Assembly (NCBI GenBank): GCA_963715535.1
Contig: OY970251.1
Location: 2,565,079-2,629,078, forward strand
Length of the DNA stretch: 64,000 bases
DNA from: an uncultured Solirubrobacterales bacterium
GTDB taxonomy: Bacteria > Actinomycetota > Thermoleophilia > Solirubrobacterales > Solirubrobacteraceae
Direction of reading: 5' to 3'
The translations under genes were made by a program, and so were the position numbers. A model generated the notes under the pieces. It saw only the letters and a program-made list of their open reading frames with translations. It was not told the DNA's origin and ran no database searches. This document shows positions 49,465 to 60,945 of the stretch, piece after piece. The number at the start of each line of letters is the position of its first letter. Position 1 is the stretch's first letter.

Positions 49465-49562
49465 GACAGCGCCGCATGCGGCGCTGTCCCGGACGGTGCA
49501 TGCACCGTCCGGCCGAACCGTGCATGCACGGTTCGGGTCGGGTCGCACATGTGCGACCCGAC
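49465..49562. repeat. Four abutting perfect palindromes (24, 24, 24, 26 bp), each centred on CATG
   Basis: GACAGCGCCGCATGCGGCGCTGTC | CCGGACGGTGCATGCACCGTCCGG | CCGAACCGTGCATGCACGGTTCGG | GTCGGGTCGCACATGTGCGACCCGAC. Confidence 0.95.
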
Positions 49563-49637
49563 AATCGGCATATTCTTGAGAAGCCGCATCTCAACCCCGT
49601 ATGTAGACTGCCAACGACCTTGAGGGGAATGTGACAC

Positions 49638-50333
49638 ATGGCGGAGGGTCTCTCGGCAGCGGAGGTGGGAAAAGAGATCGGCGAGCATAAGCACGCCGCC
49701 GAGCATCCGCCGAAGGACCGTAAGGACCGATTGCTCTCGGTAACCGAGGCGCTGCTGTTGTCGTTGGTTGCTGTGCTCGCCGCGTACTCGGGCTACGCCG
49801 CCGCCAAGTGGGATACCCACTCGTCGGTGTCGCTTGCGAAGGCGTCGGCGGCACGCACGAGGGCCAACCGCGCCGACCTTGAAGGACTGCAGATCCGAAC
49901 GCTCGACTCAGTGTCGTTCAATGCGTGGTTCAGCGCGTTCACCGCCGGCAACGCGGTCGCCGAGCGCCTCGCGGAGAAGCGTCTGCGACCCGGCTACCGT
50001 CCCGCGTTCTACGCGTGGCTGGCCACCGATCCGGCCCACAACCCACATGCGACGCCCGGCCCCTCCTACATGCCGCAGTACGTCATCCCCCAGGAACACG
50101 CCGCGAATGCCGACGACGCCGAGGCGGACGCGAGCTTTGTGGAGGGCTCCGAAGCGGGGGCGACCGGAGACAAGTATGTGCGCGACACCGTGTTCCTCGC
50201 CACCGTGCTGTTCCTGGTCGGCATCAGTGGTCACTTCCCGTTGCGCCAGGCGCGCTACGCCCTGATTGGGGTGGGCACGCTGATCCTCGTGTTCGCGGTC
50301 GTTCAACTGCTCGGCCTCCCAGGCCCTCCTTGA
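49638..50333 (+). CDS. Membrane protein (DUF4337-like topology)
   Basis: One N-terminal and two C-terminal TM helices around a helical domain. Confidence 0.75.
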   Translation: MAEGLSAAEVGKEIGEHKHAAEHPPKDRKDRLLSVTEALLLSLVAVLAAYSGYAAAKWDTHSSVSLAKASAARTRANRADLEGLQIRTLDSVSFNAWFSAFTAGNAVAERLAEKRLRPGYRPAFYAWLATDPAHNPHATPGPSYMPQYVIPQEHAANADDAEADASFVEGSEAGATGDKYVRDTVFLATVLFLVGISGHFPLRQARYALIGVGTLILVFAVVQLLGLPGPP

Positions 50334-50390
50334 GGGCAATAGGACACTTGAGTCTTTGAGGTCAGCGCGCCCCGACATGTCGGCGCGATC

Positions 50391-51941
50391 TCAGGCCGCA
50401 ACCAGCTCCACATCGGCTCTCGACTCGAGTTCTTGATCTGCAAAAACGGTCTCCTCCCGCCCGGCCGCGGGTGGGCGCAACACCAGGAATGCGGCAAGGA
50501 TCCCTAGACCGACGCACACGGCGGCAACCAGATAGGCGAGGTGATACCCGCCGGTCAACGCGCTCGCCAGCGAGTGCCCGCCGGCGGTCAACGCGTTCGT
50601 GTGGTCGGTTGCAATCGTTCCGAGCGTCGCCAGGCCGATCGCGCCGAACAGCTGCACCGACACGTTGATGATCCCCGAGGCGAGCCCCGCGTCGCGCGGA
50701 GCCGAATCGGACATCCCCATCGTGAGCAGCGGCAGGAACGACGCGCCGGCGCCGAGCCCGAGCGCGAGGAAAGCAAAGAACAGGCCTGGGAAGTAGCTTG
50801 CGTGCACTCCCTGCACGGCGAGCAACAGCAGACCCACAACGATCCCCGCCAAGCCCGCCATCAGTGTTTGCAGAGCGCCGAAGCGCTGCACGGCCCTGGC
50901 CGAGATGCCCATCGACATCGCCGCGATCGAGAACGTAAGTGGCAGGAACGCGAGACCGGTGTCGATCGCGTCGTAGCCGAGCACGCGCTCCAGGTACAGC
51001 GCTCCGAGGAAGAACGCCGAGAACATCCCTGTGATCAGCAGTCCGCGTACGAGGCTCGACCCCATCAACATGCGCTGGCGCAGTATCCGCAGCGGCATGA
51101 TCGGGTTGGCGAGCCGCGACTCAAGCAGGAGAAAGCCGGCCAGTAGCGCCAGCGATGCTCCGCCGACGCCGAGCGTGCGCGCCGAGAGCAACCCGTATTC
51201 GCTTGACTTCACGATCGCGAACGCGCCGAGCATCGTCGCGAGCGTGATCATGAACGAGCCGAGCACATCCACACCGCCGGCGAGACCGATTCCCTCGTTC
51301 TCCTCGATCAGCATCCAACCGAACACGAACGCAATCGCGCCGATCGGCACGTTCACGAAGAAGATCCAGTGCCAGTCCAGCGACTGCGTGAGCGCGCCTC
51401 CGGCCAGCAGTCCGACCGAGCCGCCGCCCGCCGATACGAACGCGTACATGCCCATCGCCTTCGCCTGCTCGACCCGCTCGGGGAACTCGGTGACGATGAT
51501 CGCGAGGATCACGCTCGAGGCCACCGCGCCGCCGACGCCCTGGATGATGCGCGCGGCGATCAGCATCGCTTGACCCTGGGCGAACCCGCACAGCACAGAC
51601 GCCGCGGTGAACATCACGAGGCCCGTCAAGAACACCCGCTTGCGCCCAACGAGGTCACCCATCCTGCCGGCCAGCAGTAGGAAGCCGCCGAACGTGACCA
51701 GATAGCCGTTGATCACCCAGGTGAGGTTCCCTTGGGAGAAGTGCAGTTCGCGCTGGATCGAGGGCAGCGCGACGTTCACGATCGTCGCGTCGAGCACCAT
51801 CATCAGCTGCCCAAGGCACAGCACCGCAAGCGCGATCCACCGCCGTCGCTCGCGCTTGCGCTCGGCCTCGCTACCGGCGGTTGCCTGCTGGGCGCCTTGT
51901 GTGGACTGGATGCTTTCTATCGGGGCGGTGGTGGTGCTCAT
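50391..51941 (-). CDS. MFS DHA2 (14-TM) efflux transporter
   Basis: LDATIVNVALP, GRMGDLVGRKR and WHWIFFVNVPIG motifs. Confidence 0.95.
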   Translation of the reverse strand: MSTTTAPIESIQSTQGAQQATAGSEAERKRERRRWIALAVLCLGQLMMVLDATIVNVALPSIQRELHFSQGNLTWVINGYLVTFGGFLLLAGRMGDLVGRKRVFLTGLVMFTAASVLCGFAQGQAMLIAARIIQGVGGAVASSVILAIIVTEFPERVEQAKAMGMYAFVSAGGGSVGLLAGGALTQSLDWHWIFFVNVPIGAIAFVFGWMLIEENEGIGLAGGVDVLGSFMITLATMLGAFAIVKSSEYGLLSARTLGVGGASLALLAGFLLLESRLANPIMPLRILRQRMLMGSSLVRGLLITGMFSAFFLGALYLERVLGYDAIDTGLAFLPLTFSIAAMSMGISARAVQRFGALQTLMAGLAGIVVGLLLLAVQGVHASYFPGLFFAFLALGLGAGASFLPLLTMGMSDSAPRDAGLASGIINVSVQLFGAIGLATLGTIATDHTNALTAGGHSLASALTGGYHLAYLVAAVCVGLGILAAFLVLRPPAAGREETVFADQELESRADVELVAA

Positions 51942-52010
51942 GTTGCTCCTTCCGATCTGGGTCAGGGGAACAACATAGCAGGGATAATCCATCTAACAAG
52001 TATCATCTTA

Positions 52011-52043
52011 TTGACAGTGATCGTTGCTACATCGTGGTATAAT
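52011..52043 (+). promoter_or_regulatory. Sigma70-type promoter of the MarR gene
   Basis: TTGACA at 52011 and extended -10 TGgTATAAT at 52035-52043; the 21-nt spacing is atypical. Confidence 0.5.
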
Positions 52044-52052
52044 CGGCTTGTT

Positions 52053-52553
52053 ATGGGCGACCGCACTCACACAGCCGATCTAGGCTCGATGGTGCTGCTC
52101 ACGCGGCTGGCCAAGCAGGTCTACCGGCGCAGCACCGAGGAGCTGCTGGGCATCCACATGCGGCTCGTGATGGCGCTCAGCTATCTGCGCGACCACGACG
52201 GGGCGCCCCAGCAGGAGCTAGCCGAGGCGCTGTGCATGGACGCCAACAACGTCGTCTTGCTGCTCAACGAGCTGGAGGACTTGGGCCACGTAGCCCGCCG
52301 GCGCGACCCCGAGGACCGTCGCCGCCATCGCGTCGAGCTGACAGCGCAGGGACGCCGCGCGCTGCTCAGCGCCGAGCGCGCGCAGGAGACGATCGAGGAC
52401 GAGGTGCTCCAGGCGCTTGACGCGGATGAACGCGCAACGCTGTGGCGGCTGCTTACGCGCGCGCTGCGCGCCGCCGAGCCGGATGTCCTCTCGACCGTGG
52501 GCGCGTGGGTACGCCCACAGGTCGGCGAGCTCAGCGCCGTGTCTCGCGAGTGA
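52053..52553 (+). CDS. MarR family regulator
   Basis: QQELAEAL...LLNELE..G.V.R.RDPEDRR; divergent from the MFS gene. Confidence 0.92.
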   Translation: MGDRTHTADLGSMVLLTRLAKQVYRRSTEELLGIHMRLVMALSYLRDHDGAPQQELAEALCMDANNVVLLLNELEDLGHVARRRDPEDRRRHRVELTAQGRRALLSAERAQETIEDEVLQALDADERATLWRLLTRALRAAEPDVLSTVGAWVRPQVGELSAVSRE

Positions 52554-52800
52554 GCTAAGGCGGCTTTGACCAGCGAGGCTGGTTGATGCCGAGGAGGGAT
52601 CGTTGGCTTTGAGCGGGCGGGGTCGGAGAAGAACGACAGCCAACGCCACTGGAACTTGACGCAGGAGCAGCGCGCGCAGTCCGTGCCGCGCCTGTAGTGC
52701 TGGTGCTCGTGCTTGGGATGTCCGCAACGGCAGTTCATGTTGGGCATCATATATCTTGACCAGACGAGCCGATCAGTTCGAATGTTGCGAAAGTATGAAG

Positions 52801-55800
52801 TTATAGTTTTCGATGCAAACAAATATCTTGAAGAAGACAGCGCCGCATTGGCGCTGGCGGACTGTGCCTGCAGACCGGCCGCGTCGGCATGCACGACCCG
52901 GACTGATGCTTCGCATGCCAATCATTCGGTGGCGTGGGTAGCGTGAAGTCGTCTCGGGGTGGCCGTCCTTCAGCACGGTGGTCGTGCCCCGATAAACAGC
53001 GATCTGACTCGCCGCTCCCGTTGGTGCAGGTACCGTCGCGTTGAACTTCCCCGAGCCGTTGAGCTTGACCTTGGCGATCACCTTTTCCGCTGGAGCAGGT
53101 CACCCGCAGCAGGATCTTCACGACCGCGCCCGGCCTTGAAGCTGCCTGTCACGTAGCCCGGCGAGCAGCACGTGCGCGCCCGAGCGCGTCGCGCTCGTCA
53201 TGTACATGCGGCGGTCGAGCTTCAGGTTGAGCGAGTGCAGCGAGCCCACAACCGCTTCGTAGCGCGCGAGGTTGGTTTCGCGGATCTTCGCGGGCGGCAG
53301 CGATGCAGTCGCGCTGAATGTTCCGTTCGCGGCGATCGTCGCGGTGGCCACGACCTTGTGGGTTGCCAGGAACTTGATGCTCACGCGCTTTCCGGCAAGC
53401 ACCAGCCGCGCGGCGCCGGTGATCAGCACGTGTGAGCCTTGCTGGACCACGTTGATCAGGGCTACCTGGGCCGTGGTGCAGGCCAGGACTGGGGAGGGTT
53501 GGGGACGACGGTGGGACCGACAGTCGGGGGCGTCGCCGCCGTGGTCGTTGTTGGTGTGGTGGTTGTCGTTGTGCTTGTGGTTGGTGTGGTCGTAGTCGGA
53601 GTCGTCGATTCCGGACTTTTGCCGGCGGTGGCCGTCGTCGTGAGCGTGTTGTCTTCGCCATAGCTCGTATCGACTGCGTTGGTCGCCAGGATCCGGTAGT
53701 GATAGGTGGTGCCAGGCGCGAGGCTCGGTAGTTCGGCGCTCACTGGTCGATGGTGTCGTGCCCGTGGTCGGAAAGGATGAGCACGGGACTTCCTGGCCGT
53801 ATGACGTGCTGGTCCCATACTGGAATTGGCATGAGGTGAGCGTTGTCTGGTCAGGGTTGACGGTGCCGACGACTGTCGCTGCCAAGTTTCTAAGGCCAAT
53901 GCTGAGCCGGTGTTCGCCAACGGCGCAAACGGGACGACATCAACCGCGCCCTGATTGATGGCGCCTGTACCGCTGGGGGGCTTGGCCGTGAGCGCTCCCA
54001 TCAATGCGTCTCCGCCCGAGAGGCCAACCGCCCAGATTTTCGCGGCGAATTCGGCGCTTTGATGTATTTCGCCGCTCCAACCCGACGAGGGCATCGCAAA
54101 CAGGTAGGCGTTCTTGCCTTGGGCGCCAGAGACGATGGTGTCGCCTTCAATGCGCAACCGATCCTTCGTAACCGAGGGCTTCCGTCGCGCCCGTGGCGGT
54201 CAGCTTGGCGGCCTGGGTTTGCTCAGACTCTGACGCCCAGCCGCTGGCCGGTGGGGTGAACACGTAGGTGGCGCCAGTTTCCACGGCGCCGACCGTCGCC
54301 CGCGATGCGTCGGCGGCGATGATTCCTCCGGCCATAGACACCGACTGACCGAGACTCGCGAACTCGGTGGCGTCTGAGGCCGTCAGTTGCACCTGGGGAT
54401 AGCGCGGGCCACTCTGGACCCACCCGCCCGCCGGCTCTGTGAAGATGAAGACGATGCCGCGCCTGTACTTAGTGGGTTCGCTTCCCACCGGCTCGCCCGG
54501 CGCCCCGACGACTACGATCTGTTCGCCGCCGCTTGAGCCGATCGCCACGGAGTAGCCAAAGTTGCCGTCTTCTTCAACTTCGGATTCGTGCGGAACAAGC
54601 GTTGCGGACTGGGTTTCCAGGGCGTTCGGCTCGTGTGCCCAGCCACCCGCGGGCTCCTGAAAGAGGAACACGGCGCCGTCGGCTCCGGGTGTGACGCTGT
54701 GTTCATAGTTGCGATAGCGGGGTGTGCCCACGATGATTGTTTCGCCGGTGATCGCGACCGACAAGCCGAACTCGTACTCTGCCACGTCTTCGGAGTTGAT
54801 GAACTCCGCGGCTTGCGTCTGTTCGGGTGTTTCGCCCCAGCCTTTCGCGGGTTCGGTGTAGACATAGGCGCCGCCGGCGTCGACGCCAGAGCCGCTTTTG
54901 CGACCTGGGGCGCCCACGACGATAGTTTTGCCGGAAATCGCCACCGACCCGCCGAAGCTCTCTTCGCTTTCCGGGTTGGACGCAACCAGCTTGCCGACCT
55001 GCGTGGCGCTTGCCCACCCGCCGGCCCCCTCGGTAAAAACGTATGCCGCGCCCGCCCGGTAGTGTCCGCCGACTTCGGTCAGGGTCTCGCCGACCACCAC
55101 CGTGCTACCCAAGGCCGCAATCGCGGCCCCGAACATGTCTTCCTGCTGCGCCCGCCGACTCGTAGAGTTCACCGACCTGATTGAGGAGCGGATCGACCGT
55201 CAGCGGGTAGTGTGCCCCGCGGGCATCGACGTCTGATACGACACACGCCCATGCTCGACCGCCATGTGTGCCGGAAGTGCTCTGCCGCGCGCATCGGTGA
55301 CGCTCAGATCGCCGTAGCGCAGTACCGCTTTGCCGTCTGCGCCGACGAGCTCCAGGCCACCGGCCGTCCCGGGCCGCGCCGTGAGCGTGCCCGACACCCC
55401 CAACGCGAGTGTCAGCGTGCCGTCTGCCGTGCCGGTCGGGCTCGTCGTTGACGGTAAAGCCCTGCTCGATTCCGGCAGGCCCGTTGGCAAACCATTCCGT
55501 GGTCGCGCCTCGCCGATATTCAACGCGGTTGGCTCGGGCGAGCGGCCGAGCGGAGCTGACCGGATGAAGCGACATTGCCAAATCCAATCGCCAGCAGCCC
55601 GATGCTCACCTTCGCGCCGTCGCGCGTGCCGATCGTGGCGCCATGTGCGCCAAAGCTCGCTGCCAGTCCTTGCCGTGCATTGTGTGCAACGAAACCTCCC
55701 ACCGCCGGCGCGAGCTTGTACGTGCGAAGATCGCTTCCAAGCCCTCGCGATATGGCCAGCGCAGCGTCTGCCGGCAACGACCCGTGACGGCTCTGTTGGG

Positions 55801-56008
55801 CGGCGATCTCCGGGCGGGCATGTCCTGGCGCTCCCGCAATCGCACCGCACACGGCGCCGGCGACCAGTACCAAGGTCGCCAGTATCGTCCATGGCAGCCG
55901 CCGAGGGCTGTGGCGCGTCCGGGTCTGGGGCGAAACAATCGCCGCGGGGGTCTCGGTAATGGAGGCGGTGGCGGGTATACCGATGGTGGAAAGCGGGCGG
56001 TGACTCAC
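52801..56008 (-). CDS. Large secreted protein with FG-GAP repeats, FN3-like domain and Thr-rich linker; several frameshifts
   Basis: Repeated FG.SVAISG.TIVVGAP...GAAYVF units; YP.TVDP boundary; L.PGTTYHYR; ends approximate. Confidence 0.75.
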
Positions 56009-56100
56009 GGGCGATCACTGGCTCCATTCGAGGTCGTTCGGTCGTTCGGCAAGCCACTGCTCGCTCGGCGGCGGAAGTGTGAGAAGTTCTCGGCGAAAGC

Positions 56101-56910
56101 TTAGGTCAAGGCTCGGCGCAGCGCTGCCGGGGTAGACCCCGTCTCCTGAGCGATCACGCGGCACAGGTGACTCTGGTCGGCGAAGCCCACATCCGCGGCT
56201 ATGCGCGCGAGGTCGCTCTCGCCGCCGGCCAAGCGCTCCAGTGCGGCCCGGGCGCGCAGGCGCATGCGATGGCGGGAGACGGTGTGTCCGGTGATCGAGC
56301 GAAACACGCGACTGAGATGGTGCGGGGAGATGGCGAAAGCTCATGGGCGAGCTCCGGGTAGCGAGCGTTCGGGGTTCCCCGCAAGGATCTCGCGGACTCC
56401 GTCGGCTACCGCTCGTTGCGTGCGGATGGTGGCTGGGCGTCCTGAGGCGACAGGCCTAGGGTCGCTCTGCTCGAGTGCGCCGGCAGCCAGTGTGAGCGCA
56501 CGCTCCACCAACTCGTGTGGGTCTGCTGCGTTGCGCCCGGCGCTCAAGAGCAGCCGATGCTCGAGGTCGATCTTCGGCGAGGTGTGCAGCGGGGTTGTGG
56601 GAAGACTCACCTCTCCGCCCCACAACGATGCGATCAGGTCGGGATGCAGGACGAGCGAAGTGCAGTCGTCGCCTTTGTCTTGAGGGTGGTCGTAGCGCTG
56701 CTCCTCACCTGCGTTCATGCAGTACGCGACGGTCGGGTCGAGCAGGCTCTCGACTCCGTCGGCGCTGCGCACAAAGCACCCGCGACGGACAAACACGATC
56801 GTATGACCATTCGTCTGCTCGTCGGTATGGCCTCGCCCGCGCGGGTGCCGGCAGGCGACGTCGGAGACTTCCACGCCGTCGCGATCGACGATCGTCCGTG
56901 CGCTCAACAT
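56101..56910 (-). CDS. AraC family regulator; frameshift near 56345
   Basis: SPHHLSRVF and LARIAADVGFADQSHL motifs. Confidence 0.88.
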
Positions 56911-57069
56911 CGACGGATTGTCTCATGCGAGCACAATCGTCCAAGACTCTCTTTGTGCCTTTGGGGCATGCTGCATGGCCAAGCGTGGGCTACTTGCATT
57001 TGGCCCTTACTCGGCGTGATTTTGAAAACCACGAACGCGCTTGTAGCGACCCGATAGACAGGAGAGGAA

Positions 57070-57477
57070 ATGGCACACATCCACAAGGAGATCTCGATCG
57101 ACGCGAGCCCGGAGGCGGTGTGGGACGCGCTCCGCGATTGGGGCGCCCTGCATGAGCGTCTTGTGCCGGGCTTCGTGGTCGACACCAAGCTCGACGGAGC
57201 AGACAGGATCGTCACCTTCGCCACCGGCATGGTTGTGCGGGAGGTGCTTGTCGATCTCGATGACGACGCTCGTAGGCTTGTGTGGTCGATCGTCGGTGGG
57301 CCTTACGCCCACCACAATGCTTACGCCCAGGTCTTCCCCGATGGGGAGAACGCCTGCAGGTTCGTGTGGATCGCCGATCTACTACCCAACGAGCTCGCCG
57401 CGCCGACCGGTGAAGCGATGCAACAGGGCACGAACGTCGTGAAGCAGACGCTCGAGGCGCAGACAGTGCGCGGCTAG
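57070..57477 (+). CDS. SRPBCC / polyketide cyclase-like protein
   Basis: IDASPEAVWDALRD...RIVTFA.G..VRE motif; AGGAGAGG RBS. Confidence 0.9.
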   Translation: MAHIHKEISIDASPEAVWDALRDWGALHERLVPGFVVDTKLDGADRIVTFATGMVVREVLVDLDDDARRLVWSIVGGPYAHHNAYAQVFPDGENACRFVWIADLLPNELAAPTGEAMQQGTNVVKQTLEAQTVRG

Positions 57478-57511
57478 GGGGCTATCCACCCTGAGAGCCC
57501 GCGCGGTGCGA

Positions 57512-58280
57512 TCAGTCGCTCTCGGGTGCGCTGCTCATCCCCGCTTCGATCCCGTCGAACAGCTGGCCGCAGCCCACCTCGAAGCGCTCCGGCTCGGAGA
57601 TGATCTGCATCATGCGCCGGTGCCCTCGGCGACGCTCTCGGCCTGCAGCTCCTCGGCCATCAGCGAGCCGATGCGGGGGTAGGCGCCGCTTTGCAGCTCG
57701 CGCTCGAACAGTTCGAGTGTCCCGAGCGGCCATTGCTCAGCGTCGACCTCGCCGCCGAAGTCGATCGTCTCGCGCAGGCTGTAGCCGAACACGAACTCGT
57801 CCACGAGGCTCATCAGGTGAAGGCGCTCCATCGGCGGGCAAGCCGGTGCTCGTGACCGCTTGCAAGCGACTGCTCGAAGTGCTTGATCCCGTTTGGCCCG
57901 ATCGATATGTCGGTCACCCGGTCGAGCGTCCAGCGATGGCGCCCGAACGCCTCATGTGAGCGGCGCGCGATCGTCGTGATCGCCTCGCGCCAGTCCTCCG
58001 GCAGCTCTCCGTCGGGCACGAGCACCTCGCCCATGACGGCGTCGTTCATGAGCATCACCAGCTCGTCCTTGTTGCGCACGTAGTGGTACAGCGTCATCGT
58101 GCCCGCGCCGAGCGCCTGGGCGACGCGACGCATCGACACCGCGTCGAAGCCCTCGCTGTCGGCGATCTCGATCGCGGCGGCGGCGATCTGCGCACGCGAG
58201 TGGCCGGGGCGGCGTGTCCCGGGCTCCTCTCGCAGCCAGATCAGCGCCGGCGACTTGGCGGATTGCGCAGGTGACGACAT
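57512..58280 (-). CDS. TetR family regulator (TetR_C type); frameshifted
   Basis: AAIEIADSEG.DAVSMRRVA..LG.GTMTLYHYVRNKDEL; C-terminal FE.G...L.DG. Confidence 0.88.
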
Positions 58281-58282
58281 CT

Positions 58283-58339
58283 AGTACAGCGTACTGCTAA
58301 TGTATGACGTACGATGTACGAGATCAACGTACGAGGTAC
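58283..58339. promoter_or_regulatory. Three GTAC-N3-GTAC boxes; likely TetR operators
   Basis: Boxes at 58284-58294, 58309-58319 and 58329-58339, between divergent tetR and ABC genes. Confidence 0.7.
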
Positions 58340-58343
58340 TAAA

Positions 58344-59316
58344 ATGAACCAGGATAACTCTTCATCAGCGATCGTCGCCGAGGGCTTGGGCAAGCGCTAC
58401 GGCGAGCAGTGGGCGCTGCGCGACTTCGATCTCGAGGTTCCCGCCGGCACCGTGCTCGGCCTGCTCGGCCACAACGGCGCCGGCAAGACCACCGCGATCC
58501 GCATCCTCACGACGCTTGCGCTGCCCACCGCCGGCAGCGCCAACGTAGCCGGCTTCGACGTTGCTGGAGCAGCCTGGCGAGGTGCGCCGGCGCATCGGCC
58601 TGGCCAGTCAGACCGCCACCGTGGACGGACTGATGAGCGCTCACGCCAACCTCGAGATGATCGGCCGCCTCTACCACCTCCCGCGCGCGCTCGCCCGCAC
58701 GAGAGCAACTGAGCTGCTCGAGCGGCTGCGCCTCGCCGACACGGGCGATCAGCTCGTGCGCGACTTCTCCGGCGGCATGCGGCGCCGGCTCGACCTCGCC
58801 GCCAGCCTCGTCGCCGCCCCACCCGTGCTGTTCCTGGACGAGCCGACCACCGGCCTCGACCCCGAGAGCCGCAACGAGCTGTGGGAGCTGCTGCGCGAGC
58901 TGGTGGGGGAGGGGGCGACGCTGCTCCTGACCACCCAGTACCTGGAGGAGGCCGACCGTCTCAGCGACGACATCGTCTTGCTCGAGCAGGGACGCATCAC
59001 GGCGAAAGGCACGCCGGCGGAGTTGAAGGCCCGCTATGGAGGCGAGCGCATCGAGGTTGCCGTTGCCGACGCGGGTCAGCTGGGCCCGGCACAAGCGGCG
59101 CTCGAGTCGTTCGCCGACGGGGCCTGCTCCTCCGATGCGCAGCAGTTGCTGCTCACGGTCCCAGTGCGCGCCGACACGCGCCTGATCGAGGTCGTGCGCG
59201 CGCTCGACGAAGCGGGCGTCGACGCCAAGGACGTGCACCGTCGCGAGGCCACGCTCGACGACGTCTTCCTATCCATCACCCATTCTCCCCAAGCACAGGA
59301 GGCACTCGCTTCATGA
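58344..59316 (+). CDS. DrrA-like ABC exporter ATPase; frameshift near 58560
   Basis: GHNGAGKT, FSGGMRRRLD, DEPTTGLD and TTQYLEEAD motifs. Confidence 0.9.
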
Positions 59317-60167
59317 GCTCAGTCCAGCAGCCCATCCTTCAGCAGCAACCGATGCTTCAGCAGCCCTCCATGCCGTTGCGCCAACTGGCGGCCGACAGCC
59401 TCGTGATCGCCAGGCGCAGCCTCTCCCACATCCGCCAGATCCCCGAGAAGCTAATCGACGTGACCGTCCAGCCGCTGATGTTCGTGCTGCTGTTCGCCTT
59501 CGTCTTCGGCGGCGTCATCGCCGTCCCGGGCGGCAACTATCGCGACTACCTGATCGGGGGCATCCTCGTGCAGACGCTCACGTTCGGGATCATCGGTCCG
59601 GCGACCTCGATGGCGACCGACCTCGGCGAGGGCATCCTCGACCGCTTCCGCTCGCTGCCGATGCACCGCTCGGCCTTCCTGCTGGGGCATCTAGCGGCGG
59701 AGCTGGCCGCCTCGGTGCTTGCCATAACAGTGATGGTCATCAGTGGCCTGATCGTCGGCTGGCACATCCAGGGCAGCGCCTCGGACGCGCTCGCGGCCTT
59801 CGCGATCCTCGCGCTGCTTGCGGTGACGATGCTGTGGGTCGGCACGCTGGTGGGCATCGTCGCCCGCTCGCCCGACGTGGTCACGGGCATCGCCTTCCTG
59901 ATCGTCTTCCCGCTGACCTTCATCGCCTCGACCTTCGTGCCGGTCGCCGGTCTGCCGACCGGGCCTGCGCCAGTTCGCCGAATACAACCCGATCAGCTGC
60001 TGGGCGGCCGCGATCCGCACGCTGTTCGGCAACCCCACGGCGATCCCGAGCGCCGCCGCGTGGCCGCTGCAGCATCCGGTCTCTCCTCGGTGCTCTGGTG
60101 CCTGGCGCTGCTCGCCGTTGTGGTGCCGGCGACGCTGCGCGCCTACCGCTGGCGCACGACCGGCTAG
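59313..60167 (+). CDS. DrrB-like ABC-2 permease; local frameshifts near the 3' end
   Basis: QPLMFVLLFAFVFGG, DRFRSLPM and FPLTFIASTFVP motifs. Confidence 0.88.
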   Translation: MSSVQQPILQQQPMLQQPSMPLRQLAADSLVIARRSLSHIRQIPEKLIDVTVQPLMFVLLFAFVFGGVIAVPGGNYRDYLIGGILVQTLTFGIIGPATSMATDLGEGILDRFRSLPMHRSAFLLGHLAAELAASVLAITVMVISGLIVGWHIQGSASDALAAFAILALLAVTMLWVGTLVGIVARSPDVVTGIAFLIVFPLTFIASTFVPVAGLPTGPAPVRRIQPDQLLGGRDPHAVRQPHGDPERRRVAAAASGLSSVLWCLALLAVVVPATLRAYRWRTTG

Positions 60168-60191
60168 GGCGCCGGTCGTGCTCGACCTGCG

Positions 60192-60715
60192 CTACCCGGC
60201 CGAGGGCGTCTCGACTTCGTCAAGCTCGCGCCGCAGCTCCTGCTTGAGTTCCTCGCCATCGGCGTCGATCTCCTTCTCGATCGACCTCTCCGCGCGCTGT
60301 AGCGCCTTGTCGAGCTGCTCTTCCAGGCGAGACTCGCCGATCACGATCAGCGCCGCCTCGCCGTTCTCCAGCAGCTCGCCGAGCTCTTTGGCATCGCCGC
60401 GCGAGATGCCCTTGCGCAGGTGCCCACCGACGCCACCGACGACGCCGCCAACCGCGGCCGCGCCGATGATCGATGGTGGGAACAAGACGCCGACGAGCGC
60501 GCCGACCGCTATCCCGCCCCAAGCACCGTGCTGGGTGGGCTTCTCGTGCTTGCTCCACGTGCACCTTGCCCACTGAGTCCTTGTTGATGAGGCGCAACGT
60601 CATAGGTGCCGACGAGCTTGGCCTGGTGCAGCTCGATCAGGCTGTCGTAGTCGGCGAGCGCGTCCGCCTGGTCGGCATATGTCGCTGCATAGATGAAAAC
60701 CGGCTTGTCGCTCAT
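60192..60715 (-). CDS. DUF1269-like membrane protein; frameshifted
   Basis: MSDKPVFIYAATY N-terminus, glycine-zipper GAAAVGGVVGG and LGELLENGEAALIV. Confidence 0.7.
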
Positions 60716-60945
60716 CGCATCTCCTTTTCTCTGTCGGTGTATCGAGCGGCGCGTATGCGTGTCGCTCGCGTCTGGGCCAGGGCACACGGCCAGTCCAATC
60801 TGGGTCCAATCCCTGATCGACCTGTGTGCGCACGGGCGAGTCAACTACTAGCACGGATGGTCGCCATCCGTAAAAACCCGCTGCTGAGACGGTTATTCCC
60901 ACACTCTGCCCTTCGCCTGTTTGTCACGTCGCGTAACATGTCTCC

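Noticed and set aside
49465-49562. CRISPR array
   Set aside because: Units are not identical, there are no spacers, and no cas genes are in the window.
53520-53645. Low-complexity GT-rich repeat
   Set aside because: Encodes the Thr/Pro linker of the secreted FG-GAP protein.
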